DNA of 62,382 nt, filler included. It is 3 parts of 3 records of this genome, joined end to end, with 100 filler letters (N's around TTAATTAATTAA, not from the genome) between each part and the next. Parts side by side here need not be neighbours in the genome. Positions count along the whole stretch, not along the records: positions 1 to 28,170 come from DRR378314_1351; positions 28,271 to 44,401 come from DRR378314_1369; 1 more part is not named here. The stretch is one strand, 5' to 3'. The position numbers and the translations under genes were made by a program. The notes under the pieces are model-generated. The model saw only the letters and a list, made by a program, of their open reading frames with translations. It was not told the DNA's origin and did no database searches. This document shows, one piece after another, positions 24,691 through 35,557 of this stretch (positions within the stretch are counted from its first letter, which is position 1; the number at the start of each line of letters is the position of its first letter).

Positions 24691-27241
24691 CGGGGGGACT
24701 GGCTGCGAAATAGGTCGCGCTTGGCGTCACGGCTCGAGCACAGCTGAAGGGGCGCGCGTCCGCGGGAACCGCACGCTCTCGGGCTGTAGCGCACACGCAA
24801 CGTGGCAATGCAAGCGCCAGGCCAACAAGGCCAGCAGATACGCGCCGAGATCAACGAAAGACAAAGGGTGTGCCGGCGCCAGAAATGCAGCCGGAGCAAG
24901 CAGTGTCGATTGCTTGCACACCACGCGTAGAGGACAAACCGAAAGCGGCGGCGGCGGCGGCAAAAGGGCACACGAGGCGCACAGAGCTGCCTCGGCGGGG
25001 TGACTTTGCGTCGTCGCGCTTCGGCCGGGAGGACTGCAGATTAGCTCTCACCTCGCCGCGCGCGGGCCCGCTCCACCCCCCAACCAGCGCACATCCACAC
25101 CGGGATGTCGCACCTCGCCCCAGATACCTAAACAGGTCAATGCACCAGGCACGCGGTGCACGACCGGTCCCTTGCACCTACAACCTCGAACGCCAAGAGC
25201 GCGCGGGGCGCCGCCGCGGCTGGCGCTTACGCACACTACAGTGCCAGGCTACGCTGACGCACCGAAAACAAGCAACGCTTCTACGACGAAAACGCCTGCC
25301 ACATAGACCAAACCATGAATATTAGCTTAAAATTTGCTGATCGGAGAACGTGCCAGCGAAACCGCCCGGCGCGCGCCTCAGCGGGCTGCGTGGATAACGG
25401 TGACGCGCGGGAGCGAAGCTCCACTGCGCAGCAGTCGTGCGAAAGAGCAGAGCGCGAAACCCGCGGGAAGCGTATCCCGTCCGAACTGGGGCTGACGCAG
25501 TTCCCGTTCTGGACTGCACACGCGTGCAGGCTGGCGCTGCGCACGCTGCCCGCTGGGCCCCTCTTGTGTAGCGGCCGCCTCGGGCCATTTCCCTGGCGCA
25601 AGCGGAGACTTTCCGCCCCAAAAAGGAACAAATCCACGAACTCTAATGGAAAGAATACTAATGAACACGTGCAAAGCTAGCTGGAGCACGTGGGGCTGTG
25701 TAGAGCCGCGAAGAACCGACGCGCAGGCAGTGTGCCCAAGGCGCAGCAAGCACGGCTCCACCCCACGTCACATTAAGGCACAAGGGATGGTTCGCGAGCG
25801 CTCACTTGCTCGTGACAGGTACACTTGTTCAGTATGACGTGACTGGGTCTAGTGTGAAGTTGAGCCAGTGCGACCAGCGCGGCGAGCGCTTCGGAGTCCG
25901 CGCAGTGCGCAACGCCAGTGCCACCGGCTGCTAGCGCAGCACCAGCGAAGCGGCTGCGGCATCCAATCTACAAAAAGCAGCAAGAAAAAAACATTTCTGA
26001 ACTAAATGTATACACTACGTATCCGCTTGGATTGTGAAGATCTGGCCGGAGATGACTGGCCAGGGGCGTGGCGGGAAAGCAGCGGCAGTCGCGTTCAGGG
26101 GCACCGTTGCAGCCATCCCGTGGGCGCGTACCGGCGGCGCAAGTCAAATACGCACTCTCGCGCGTCTCATATACCACGTCGTCCTTATGGCCTTCGACCT
26201 CCTGCCACATCGCAAGGTCGCTGCCAAGGTTCGTTGGTGCAATTTCAGAAATTTCATGGATTAAAACTACTTTGGGTATTCTTGCTAAACAGAAGCATCC
26301 TCACCCCTCGTATCTTAACCTACTTTGGCATGCGGCAGTGGAGCTGTTGCTGCGGCACGCTGTCAGCGAGGGCGCAAACTTCCCACGCGCAGAAAGCCGC
26401 GGCACTTCTCATAGCCGTACGATTCCAGCGTTAGCCAAGGTACGAACTGCACGCTCGAACCCGTACAGTCTCATCTTTAGAACATGTGCGGTACAAGGCT
26501 GAGAGGTGAAAAATTAACCCCCGGGCTGCGCAAGAAGCGCAGCGTGCGTGGTGCACCTCGCTTGTCGCTTGGACGCCGAGACGCTGTCACTGGTCTCAAA
26601 CCGTCACCGCTTTCAGTGCTGCGAGTTTCTTGCACCGTTTTCCCATGGCTTGCCAGCGCGACTATGAAGGCCCCCCGTTACAATGGTGTAGATGCGCACG
26701 CGTGCAGAATCCCTTCACCGTCTTGTCTCCGGTTGTCGTATATACAGCAAAGGCGGTCGCCGAGCGGAAGATGGACATTTGTTGTTGTGAGCCGGGCGTT
26801 CGCCGTGGTCTCGATAGAGCCGCCGTTCCGTGGGTCCAGCGTCTGGTCCGTGTGGGAAGAGCTGGTGGCGCTGCGCCGTGCTCTTCCGTGTAGTCTGCTT
26901 CCAGCGCAGCGACTGCAAATGCGGCTTTGTCTCCGTGCGTAGCAGCTGGCGACAATACTCAACAGGCACAAACACGATGAATGCGGCTTCTTTGCCTGCC
27001 GTCCGTGGCTAGCATAGTCCTTTTTCCTGGAATAGGTGCTTTGCAGCAGCGCCTGTGCTTCCGAGGCGCAGAGGCCGTGCGACGTGCCTTGTAGAGCTCA
27101 GGGAGGGGGAAGCCTTTCTTGATACTGAGCTGGCTTTCTGCGCCCTTGTTCTCCACACGCACATGCTGAAGCGTTCGGAGTTTTGGCGCGATGTAGAACT
27201 GACGCATGCATCTGGGTGCTCTGCCGTGCGCAGACATCGTC

Positions 27242-28170
27242 ATGGACTTGAACCAGCTTCGCGGCCTTATGCAAGGTGCGCAGCAGCTTGCTGCCGCGCA
27301 AGGTGCCGGTCAAGGCGTACGTGGGAACCAGCAGTCCCAGAACGCCATGTTCGGTGGCGCCGGAATGGGACAGGTACGCGACCTTGGATGCGGAGCCTTC
27401 ATACAGCTCATGCACGCATGTAACTTGTGGTTTGTATGAAGGAATTCGAAGTGTGTGCTTCGTTTTGCGGCGCCTCGCTGCGAGAGGGGAGGCGCTGGTT
27501 GAACCCTTTCGCCCGCTCGCTGGAGCTGCGCACGTTCCGCCGATCCTGCGACAGCCAGCACGCGTTGCAGAGGCTTAGACTGTACCACGTTGCTGCGGCA
27601 TGTCTATCCTGCATAGAGCACCAACCGTCGTGTTTTTTTGTGCAGCGTCGCTTTCTTACCGTTCCTTGGTCTGTATCGTTGCAAAGAGTGGTCCGACGAT
27701 CATTCATTTGCCAGCGGTCAACGAGCCCCACCGTACAGGCGGCGCACGGGCACGCGCGCTGCGCAGGCGCGTCGTTCGCTTTCGTTATCGTTCGCACGCC
27801 ACCCACGCCTTCTTTTTGTGCTCCGCCCGCTTGCCTGCTTTGCTCATGTTGTTGCTGTTGTTTGCCTTCTCGATTTTGTTGCCTCTTTCCATGCGCAACA
27901 CAGCTGCAGCAAATGATGGGTGTTGTCCAGCAGATGGGCGGCAGTGGAATGCAGCAGAACGCAGGGTACCAGCAAAACGCGGGCAACATGCAGCAGAACG
28001 CAGGATATCAGCAAAACGCGGGCAACATGCAGCAGATGGGCGGAGTTACGGTGCTCGGCGGCGGCGGACAGCCAGTTATGCTCGGCGGCGGTCGTGGCGC
28101 TGTTGTGATGGGCGGTGGCCGGGGCGCTGTTGTGATGGGTGGCGGCGGCATGTACCAAATGGGCGGCCAG
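27242..28170 (+). CDS. Gln/Gly/Met/Asn-rich low-complexity repeat protein, truncated by contig end
   Basis: Exon 27242-27373 (MDLNQLRGLMQGAQQ...GMGQ|gtacgc) and exon 27904->28170 (LQQMMGVVQQMGG...QQNAGYQQNAGNM...GGGRGAVVM). Composition is the same on both sides of the intron. Confidence 0.7.
27949..28140 (+). repeat. Coding tandem repeats: 39-bp unit (MQQNAGYQQNAGN) x2 plus partial, then 27-bp unit (GGGRGAVVM) x2
   Basis: Directly visible: 27949-27987 and 27988-28026 differ only at synonymous positions; GGGRGAVVM repeats at about 28084-28137. Confidence 0.85.
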
Positions 28171-28270
28171 NNNNNNNNNNNNNNNNNNNNNNNNNNNNNN
28201 NNNNNNNNNNNNNNTTAATTAATTAANNNNNNNNNNNNNNNNNNNNNNNNNNNNNNNNNNNNNNNNNNNN
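28171..28270. other. Artificial contig-joining spacer (N44-TTAATTAATTAA-N44, stops in all six frames)
   Basis: N runs flank TTAATTAATTAA at 28215-28226; sequence type switches from eukaryotic to bacterial across it. Confidence 0.98.
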
Positions 28271-30775
28271 AGGCAATTCAAGCGCCTCTACTTGAGGTCG
28301 AACTTGAGCCAATACACTAGCCGCCGTCACGCCGCTTAGCGGGTCGGGTTCGCCATACACTGCCAACATGCGCTCGCGGTCACGGCGCATCACCAATGGG
28401 TCAGCGACCTCGGTCGTCACATCACGCATCACTTGATCAGCCGTGATGTAACGCCCCTGTTCGGCGCTCCATACGTTAAGCGACCCGATGTTATCGATAT
28501 CGTTGCGCTGCTCTGGTATCGCTCTAGCGACAATCGGAATCAAGTCGCTGCCGTCACGGTAGATGCCCACCTGACTACCGCTAGTGCTCAACGCCAATGT
28601 GGCCGCCAGGTTCTCGCGGGTAACGCCCAGCCGTCGTGCGGTGTCTTCGGCAAAAATTGGCACCACGGCCTGAACACGGTTACGCCAGCTAGTGCGAACA
28701 CTGACCATATCGGACGTATCACTAAACAGTGCCGCGACTTGATCACCGAGCTGGCGTAATACGGCGGGGTCGCTGCCGTAAAACCTTGCTTCGATCTTGG
28801 CTTTCGGGGCAGGACCAACTTCCAGCGGAGCAATTTTATAGTCGATATCGCTGTGATCACGCTCAAGTACCGCTTCGATATCCGCCATGCGCGCTTGCTG
28901 TATCGCTTTGTTATCGGTTTCAACAATTAGCTGTGAATAGCTGGCATAGCGGTCTTCCGGCGCATAGGTCAAGGTAAAGCGCTGGGCACCGCCGCCTACC
29001 ACGGTGGTGAGATGGCGGACACCCTCCATCTCCATAACCACCTCTTCCAACTCTGCAACCCGCCGCTGGGTTTCCAGAATATCGGTGCCTTCCGGCGTGC
29101 GGTAATCAACAAAGAAGATGGGCGTATTCGAGGCAGGGAAAAAGGCATTTTTGACGGAACCAAAACCGACAACCGCACCTGCCAGTATGACCATCACCAG
29201 ACCAAGTGTTAGCCAACGCAGCCGGATACCTGCCACAATCACGCGGCTAAACAAGCGGTACACCACCCCTTTGTAAGGATCTTCATCAGTGCTGCTAGGC
29301 GCCACATTGCGAAACAGCAGTTTGAAATAGAACGGCGTGAGCGTCAGCGCTGTCAGCCAACTTAGCAGCAGTGAATAGAGCAACACATAGAACAGCGAGC
29401 CGATAAATTCACCGGTGGTATCTGGCGACAACCCAATCGGTGCAAAGGCGGCAACTGCAATCAGCGTGGCTGCCAGCAGAGGCCATGCGTTTTGCCGAAC
29501 CACCTGATGCGCTGACTCACGAATACTTTGGCCACGCTTTAGGCCCACCAGCATGCCTTCAGTGACCACAATGGCATTATCGACCAGCATCCCCAAGGCG
29601 ATAATCAGTGCCCCCAGCGAGATTTTTTCCAATTGCAAACCGTGAATGCGCATCAGCATAAAGGTGCCAATAATGGTAATCAGCAGAATAAAGCCCATTA
29701 GTAGGCCGCTGCGCCAGCCCATAAACAGCATGAGCACCACAATAACGATGGCCACCGCCTGGATCAGACTGATTAAGAAACCGGATACCGCCTCATCCAC
29801 CACGCTCGGCTGGTCATAGACCACGTTGAGCTCCATACCTAACGGGGTGCGTGCCTCCAGTTCGTCAAGCCGCTGTTCAAGTCGGGCACCTACTTCGACC
29901 ACGTTGACGCCGCTTTCAAACGAGATGCCCAGGGAAATAGCCGGTCGCCCCATGTCGCGATAAAGCTGCTGTGGTTGCTCGGTCAAGCCACGGGAAACCT
30001 CTGCGATATCGCTCAGCCTTACCAGCTCGCCGTTACCTTCACTAACGATTAACGCGCGTAAATCCTCAATATCGGCGGAACTACCCGAAGGCGTTACTCG
30101 GAAACGCTGCCCCCCCTGCTTCAAGTGACCCGAGTCCACTACGGCATTTTGCGTATTCAGCAATTGCTGGAGTGAACTTAGCGGAATGTTCAGCGCACGT
30201 AGCCGCTCTCGGTCGACTTCAATGAAAATACGCTCGTCTCTCACCCCCGCCAGCGACACCTTTTCAACGCCGTCGACCAAGGCGAGTTCACGCTTAAGAA
30301 ACTCGGCTTGGCTTTTCAAATCGGGCATGGCATAGCCATCACCGGTCAGGTTAATCATCAAGCCGAACACATCGCCAAAGTCATCGTTAACTCGTGACTG
30401 GCTGGCGCCTGGCGGCAAGGCGGCCTGCGCATCGCCAACTTTACGGCGTAATGAATCCCACAGCTGCTGAAGCTCATCGTTTTGCACCGTGCTTTGCAGC
30501 TCGATGGTAATTTGCGAAAACCCGTTTGAACTCACCGAGCTGATGCGTTTAATCGCGGGCATTTCCTGAATGGCTTCTTCCAGTGTCGAGGTGACTTCCT
30601 GCTCCACCTCTTCTGGCGTAGCACCAGGATACTGGGTAGTGACTAGCGCATTGCGAATGGTAAATTCAGGAAACTCAAGCTGCCCCATGCCAGTGAAAGC
30701 GAGCGCCCCGCCGAAGAGCAGTACCACGGTCATTAAGTAACTAGCGGCCCGGTGGCGTAAGAAGTAATCAACCAT
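28271..30775 (-). CDS. RND efflux transporter permease subunit (AcrB/AcrD/AcrF family), C-terminus truncated by contig end
   Basis: TQYPGATPEEVEQEV, VNDDFGDVFG, LGALIIALGMLVDNAIVVTE (TM4 motif), multiple TM helices. Confidence 0.95.
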
Positions 30776-30776
30776 C

Positions 30777-31874
30777 TTATAGCCCCTGTTCCTTTTCCCA
30801 CGGTGTTACACGCATATCAGCGCTGACACGATGGGCTCCCGCTGCCACCACACGATCATTCGCGGCTAGTTCGCCACTCACTTCTAACCCTTTAGAGGTT
30901 AAACGCCCCACCTCGACCGGCACCGCCTCTACACGGTTCGGTGCCTGAAAACGCCACACCACCGCCTGCTCCGGGTGCTCACCTTGATAGCTAATGGCGT
31001 CAGGCGGCAAATGCCAAACAAGACCTTCAGACGCGGGTAACAGTTGGCCTAAATCAAGCCGCACGGTGGCGCTCATGCCATCAAGCAGCGTGATATCGTC
31101 GGGCTGCGGTAGCCGAAGCGTTACCTCATAAGCCAAGCTTTGGGCGCTGGCCTGGGTGGTGTAAGACGCCAACTGCGCAAGGTAAGGTTTTTCGCTATTG
31201 CCAAACCGCACTTCAAAGGCCATCGCCGTTTCAAACGGGGTCACCTCGTCGTTGCGCGGTATCTGCTGAACGATTTGCTGCGGTAAATGAAAGATCACAT
31301 CAAGCTGCCCAGGCTGCTGAATCACCGCCACGGTTTCCTGCACCTGGACAATCTGCCGATTATCTACCGGCACCTGGGCAATCACACCATCGTAAGGTGC
31401 GCGCAGTTGGGTATTTTCCAGTTGCTCTTCGGCCTGCTCAAAGATTGCCCGAGCGGCACGCAATTCCGCCTCTGATTCATCAAACCGCGCTTGGCTAATC
31501 GCTCCACGCTCTAGGGTATAGCGCATGCGTTCGTGAGTGGCCCGCGCCAGCTCTAGCCGCGAACGGGCGCTATCCAACTCACTGCGCATATTACGATCAT
31601 CAATACGCGCGATCAGGGTGCCTTCCGTTACCCGCTGACCGGGACTCACGTTAATCTCTAACAGCTCACCCGCCATGCGAAACGATAGACTGCTGCGTGT
31701 AGTGGCCTCAACGCGCGCAGGAAATTGGCGCTGCAGCGCGGCACCAGACGCTTCTAATGTCACCAGCTTCACCGGCCGAGGAGGAGGTTCATTCTGGCTC
31801 TCGGCATAAGCGTCACCTGTTGCCAGCAGCAGGGCCAGCAGCGCTGGAAGCAATCGAATCACAGTGTTACGCAC
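30777..31874 (-). CDS. RND efflux periplasmic adaptor (membrane fusion protein)
   Basis: Signal peptide, PRPVKLVTL, LSFRMAGELLEINV, LRAPYDGVIA lipoyl/hairpin motifs; SD GAGGAG before GTG; directly upstream of the permease. Confidence 0.93.
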   Translation of the reverse strand: MRNTVIRLLPALLALLLATGDAYAESQNEPPPRPVKLVTLEASGAALQRQFPARVEATTRSSLSFRMAGELLEINVSPGQRVTEGTLIARIDDRNMRSELDSARSRLELARATHERMRYTLERGAISQARFDESEAELRAARAIFEQAEEQLENTQLRAPYDGVIAQVPVDNRQIVQVQETVAVIQQPGQLDVIFHLPQQIVQQIPRNDEVTPFETAMAFEVRFGNSEKPYLAQLASYTTQASAQSLAYEVTLRLPQPDDITLLDGMSATVRLDLGQLLPASEGLVWHLPPDAISYQGEHPEQAVVWRFQAPNRVEAVPVEVGRLTSKGLEVSGELAANDRVVAAGAHRVSADMRVTPWEKEQGL

Positions 31875-31917
31875 AGCGGACTCCTCGGTGGTGTTATCAA
31901 TACGTAGTCATAAAAAC

Positions 31918-31945
31918 TTCACTGACATTCATGAATGTCAGTGAA
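31918..31945. promoter_or_regulatory. Perfect 28-bp palindrome, probable TetR/AcrR operator
   Basis: TTCACTGACATTCA|TGAATGTCAGTGAA between the divergent MFP and TetR genes; core ACATT-N4-AATGT resembles AcrR-type operators. Confidence 0.75.
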
Positions 31946-32023
31946 TGTGTATACTAATCGCCTACTGGCGACTTTGCCATTCAGTAATGCCAATATAAGT
32001 GCACTTTTTTGTTAGGAGCCGCT

Positions 32024-32644
32024 ATGTCACGCCGCAAAGCTGAGGCTGAACGCACCCGCGAGACCATTCTTGATGCTGCAGAAGCTCAGTTTCTCGCTCA
32101 AGGGGTTTCGCGTACTACATTGGCCCATATTGCCGCAGCAGCAGGCGTTACCCGTGGTGCGATTTACTGGCATTTTGAGGATAAAGCGGCGGTATTCGAT
32201 GCCCTGCTAGAGCGTGTTCGCGTGCCGCTCGATGAAATCGTCGATGATGCTGTGCTGCGACTGGGCCACACCCCCACCCAGTGCCTGCAAGAGATTGCCC
32301 TGAGTGCGCTTGGCGCTATCTGCCATAACCTTCCGTTACAGCGCGCCGCCACCATCGTGCTGCATCGCTGCGAAAAGCTGGAAGATGACCATCCACGTAT
32401 CAGCATGATCACTCGGCTTTCTGAGCATGCCGAAATGCAGGTTGAGCAGCTGTTTGAGAAAGCCCGGCAAGCCGGCCATCTGCGCGCTGATCTCACGCCC
32501 GCCAGCGCCCGGCGCCAGTACCATAGCTTTTTAATCGGCATTTGCTTTGATTGGCTACAAGACCCGCAGCAATTCTCATTAGCAGACGAGTACGAGAGTA
32601 TGATCGAAACGTTAATGCGGGGGTTGTTGAAGAGTACGCTTTAA
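32024..32644 (+). CDS. TetR/AcrR family transcriptional repressor
   Basis: N-terminal HTH TRETILDAAEAQFLAQGVSRTTLAHIAAAAGVTRGAIYWHF; SD AGGAG before ATG 32024; divergent from the efflux operon. Confidence 0.95.
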   Translation: MSRRKAEAERTRETILDAAEAQFLAQGVSRTTLAHIAAAAGVTRGAIYWHFEDKAAVFDALLERVRVPLDEIVDDAVLRLGHTPTQCLQEIALSALGAICHNLPLQRAATIVLHRCEKLEDDHPRISMITRLSEHAEMQVEQLFEKARQAGHLRADLTPASARRQYHSFLIGICFDWLQDPQQFSLADEYESMIETLMRGLLKSTL

Positions 32645-32664
32645 ACGCCTTGGGGAGCTAAGCT

Positions 32665-32680
32665 TGGCACGCAGGTTGCT
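32665..32680 (+). promoter_or_regulatory. Sigma54 (-24/-12) promoter of codBA
   Basis: TGGCACGCAGGTTGCT matches the consensus TGGCACG-N4-TTGCW exactly, 38 bp upstream of the codB ATG. Confidence 0.8.
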
Positions 32681-32718
32681 TATATAACTAGGATAATAAT
32701 ACTCACCTGGAGTCCCCC

Positions 32719-33984
32719 ATGCACCACTCTGACTATCCGCTAAGTGAAGTCCCCACTAGCGCCCGTAAGGGCTTGCTCTCCACCTCCGTTGTGCTGCTCG
32801 GCTTTACCTTTTTCACTGCCACCATGTGGGCCGGTGGTTCGCTTGGCCAATCGTTCCCGATTGGCCAACTGCTCTGGATCATACTGGTGGGTAACTTGTT
32901 GCTGGGCGCATACGCGGCAGCCCTTGCTTACATTGCCTGTCAAAGCGGCCTTAACTCCGTACTGATGGGACGCTTCTGCTTCGGTGAAAAAGGCAGCAAA
33001 CTTTCCGATTTTATTCTCGGCTTTACGCAGATTGGTTGGTACGCCTGGGGCACCGCGACGATTGCCCTAGTGTTAGTACGCACCACAGGGATGCCTGAAT
33101 GGCTGGAAATCCCCTTAATGGTGCTATTTGGGTTTGGTTTCTGCGTGACGGCCATGATTGGCTATAAAGGGATGGACTGGCTTTCGCGCTTTGCCGTCCC
33201 CGCCATGATGCTGTTTATCTTGATTAGCCTGTTCACCGGGCTGGTGGATGCACACGGATTTGCCGGACTAAGCCAGCAAACGCCCACGGAAAGCATGAGC
33301 GTAGCGGCAGCGATTACCGTCATCATTGGCACCTTTATTAGCGGAGGCACCCAAGCGACTAACTGGAGCCGCTTCGCCAAGACGCCGAAAATTGCCGTGA
33401 TCGCGACTCTGGCGGCTTTTTTTGTGGGCAACGGCTTAATGGTGCTGACTGGCGCACTGGGTACCATGATTTACCAGCAGGCGGATATTGTCGATGTATT
33501 GATCGCGCAGGGCTTTGTCACCATCGCGGTGCTGATGCTGTTTCTAAATATCTGGACCACTCAGGACAACACCATCTACAACTTTGCCGTAGCGGGCTGC
33601 AATTTGCTGCGCACCGAGAAACGCCGCTTAGTCACGGTGTGTGGCGCAGCGATTGGCACCGTACTGGCGGTAGGCGGTATGTATAATCTGCTGATTCCCT
33701 TTCTAGTACTGCTAGGCACCTTTATTCCTCCCATGGGCGGGGTGATCATGGCGGACTTCTGGCTCAAACATAAAGGCCGCTACCCTACTCTGGAATCCAC
33801 TCAGTTACCCAATTTTAATCGCCGAGGGTTAGCCGCCTATGCATTAGGCGCTGGAGCCGCTTACCTCTCCCCATTGCTCCCCCCATTGGTAGGTGTCGTG
33901 GTAGCGGCAGTTAGCTACGCTGTACTGCTTCGTTTAAACCACGCTACGCTAAGTGATACCTCCCCTTCGACTGCCAAACAATAA
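32719..33984 (+). CDS. codB: Cytosine permease (NCS1 family)
   Basis: VLLGFTFFTATMWAGG, QIGWYAWG, GTFISGGTQ..NWSRF, LNIWTTQDNTIYN; adjacent to codA. Confidence 0.93.
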   Translation: MHHSDYPLSEVPTSARKGLLSTSVVLLGFTFFTATMWAGGSLGQSFPIGQLLWIILVGNLLLGAYAAALAYIACQSGLNSVLMGRFCFGEKGSKLSDFILGFTQIGWYAWGTATIALVLVRTTGMPEWLEIPLMVLFGFGFCVTAMIGYKGMDWLSRFAVPAMMLFILISLFTGLVDAHGFAGLSQQTPTESMSVAAAITVIIGTFISGGTQATNWSRFAKTPKIAVIATLAAFFVGNGLMVLTGALGTMIYQQADIVDVLIAQGFVTIAVLMLFLNIWTTQDNTIYNFAVAGCNLLRTEKRRLVTVCGAAIGTVLAVGGMYNLLIPFLVLLGTFIPPMGGVIMADFWLKHKGRYPTLESTQLPNFNRRGLAAYALGAGAAYLSPLLPPLVGVVVAAVSYAVLLRLNHATLSDTSPSTAKQ

Positions 33985-34000
33985 GTGAGCCACTAACTAT

Positions 34001-35257
34001 ATGAGCATGCAGATCATTAACGCCCGCCTACGCCAGCGCCCCGAGCTTTACCGGCTTGAGATTGAGAACGGTACGTTCACAGCGATTACCGCTCAAGACG
34101 CGCCACAAACGGCGGGGGATGGGCAAATTGATGCGGGCGGCAAGCTGCTTTGCGCGCCGTTCATTGAACCGCATATTCACTTGGACGCCGCGTTAACGGC
34201 GGGCGAGCCAAGCTGGAATCAAAGCGGCACGCTGTTTGAAGGCATCGAGCGCTGGGGTGAACGTAAGCCCATGCTCACCGAAGCGGATATTCGCGAACGC
34301 GCGCTTAACACCCTGAACCTGTTGATAGGCAACGGCGTCCAGTTTGTGCGTACACACGCTGACACCAGCGACCCCAGTCTAATCGGCATTAAAACGCTAT
34401 GCGCCTTGCGCGATGAATTGAAAGATAAAATCGATATCCAAGTGGTCGCTTTTCCGCAAGATGGCCTGCTTTCCTACCCCGGCGGCGACCGCCTGATGGA
34501 AGAGGCGCTGGAGATCGGTGCGGACGTTGTCGGCGGCATTCCCCACTTTGAGTACACCCGAGAACTAGGCGTCGCTTCCATGAAGCGGGTGATAGAGCTA
34601 GCGATCAAATATGACCGCTTGGTGGATGTGCACTGCGATGAGATAGACGACCCTAACTCGCGCTTTCTTGAGGTGCTGGCCTGCGAAGCGCTGTTTAACG
34701 ATTTAGGCAGCCGCGTGACCGCTAGCCACACGACGGCGATGCACTCCTACGATAACGCCTACTGCTCTAAGCTGTTTCTGCTGCTCAAACGTTCGGGCAT
34801 CAACTTTGTCTCCTGCCCCACCGAAAGCATTCACCTGCAGGGACGCTTTGATAGTTACCCAAAACGTCGTGGTGTTACCCGCGTAAAAGAACTAAACGCC
34901 GCGGGCATTAATGTCTGCTTTGCCGAGGATTCGATCTTCGACCCCTGGTACTCGCTGGGTAACGGTAAGCTGTTGCGGACGCTCGATTTTGGCTTGCATA
35001 TCTGCCAAATGATGGGCTATCAGGATTTCAGCCAGGCGCTGTCGCTTATCACTGACAACAGCGCACGCACACTCAATATTGAAGCGCGTTACGGTATCGA
35101 GGTCGGCAAACCCGCCAGCTTCAACCTGCTGGAGGGCGAGGATGACTACAGCGTGCTGCGTACTCAGGGCGAGGTGCTACTTTCCGTTCGCCACGGTGAG
35201 ATCATTATGCAGCGCGACCCCGCAAAGATTACGACACCCCCGTGGCTTGGTATTTAG
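34001..35257 (+). CDS. codA: Cytosine deaminase (amidohydrolase superfamily)
   Basis: EPHIHLD, GTLFEGIERW, GGIPHFEYTRE, DVHCDEIDDP, ASHTTAMHSY, HLQGRFDSYPKRRG, DPWYSLG. Confidence 0.95.
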   Translation: MSMQIINARLRQRPELYRLEIENGTFTAITAQDAPQTAGDGQIDAGGKLLCAPFIEPHIHLDAALTAGEPSWNQSGTLFEGIERWGERKPMLTEADIRERALNTLNLLIGNGVQFVRTHADTSDPSLIGIKTLCALRDELKDKIDIQVVAFPQDGLLSYPGGDRLMEEALEIGADVVGGIPHFEYTRELGVASMKRVIELAIKYDRLVDVHCDEIDDPNSRFLEVLACEALFNDLGSRVTASHTTAMHSYDNAYCSKLFLLLKRSGINFVSCPTESIHLQGRFDSYPKRRGVTRVKELNAAGINVCFAEDSIFDPWYSLGNGKLLRTLDFGLHICQMMGYQDFSQALSLITDNSARTLNIEARYGIEVGKPASFNLLEGEDDYSVLRTQGEVLLSVRHGEIIMQRDPAKITTPPWLGI

Positions 35258-35293
35258 AAAAAGCGTAATATAGCCGGGCTGATAATCAGCAAA

Positions 35294-35454
35294 GTTCTCA
35301 GGGCGGGGTGAAAGTCCCCACCGGCGGTGATGATGGCTGAATAAATTTTTGTCATCTAAGCCCGCGAGCGCTCAAGACGGTTTTTTTATTTCTTGAGGTC
35401 AGCAGATTCGGTGAGAAGCCGAAGCCGACGGTGATAGTCCGGATGAAAGAGAAC
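35294..35454 (+). ncRNA. FMN riboswitch (RFN element)
   Basis: Conserved blocks TCAGGGCGGGGTGAAAGTCCCCACCGGCGGT, AGCCCGCGAGCG, GTCAGCAGATTCGGTGAGAAGCCGAAGCCGACGGTGATAGTCCGGATGAAAGAGAA upstream of a lumazine synthase gene. Confidence 0.95.
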
Positions 35455-35557
35455 GGTACCTTAGACACGCAACTTAAAAAGTGGCTTCAGCCGCCTTTTT
35501 CGGTTGCCTGACGACCGGTCCCGCGTGCCCTGATTCTGGTACAACTTATCCAAGAGA

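Noticed and set aside
24800-27200. Possible gene between the cyclin and the Q/G-rich gene (for example minus frame IPKVVLIHEISE...VYETRES near 26150-26280)
   Set aside because: Short protein-like stretch without convincing splice partners or motifs.
27949-28140. Tandem repeats as a CRISPR array
   Set aside because: No unique spacers, in-frame coding repeats in a eukaryotic exon, no cas genes.
28171-28270. Eukaryote-bacterium junction as horizontal transfer or an integrated endosymbiont fragment
   Set aside because: The junction is an N-padded TTAATTAATTAA spacer identical to the one at 44402-44501, and genes are cut on both sides.
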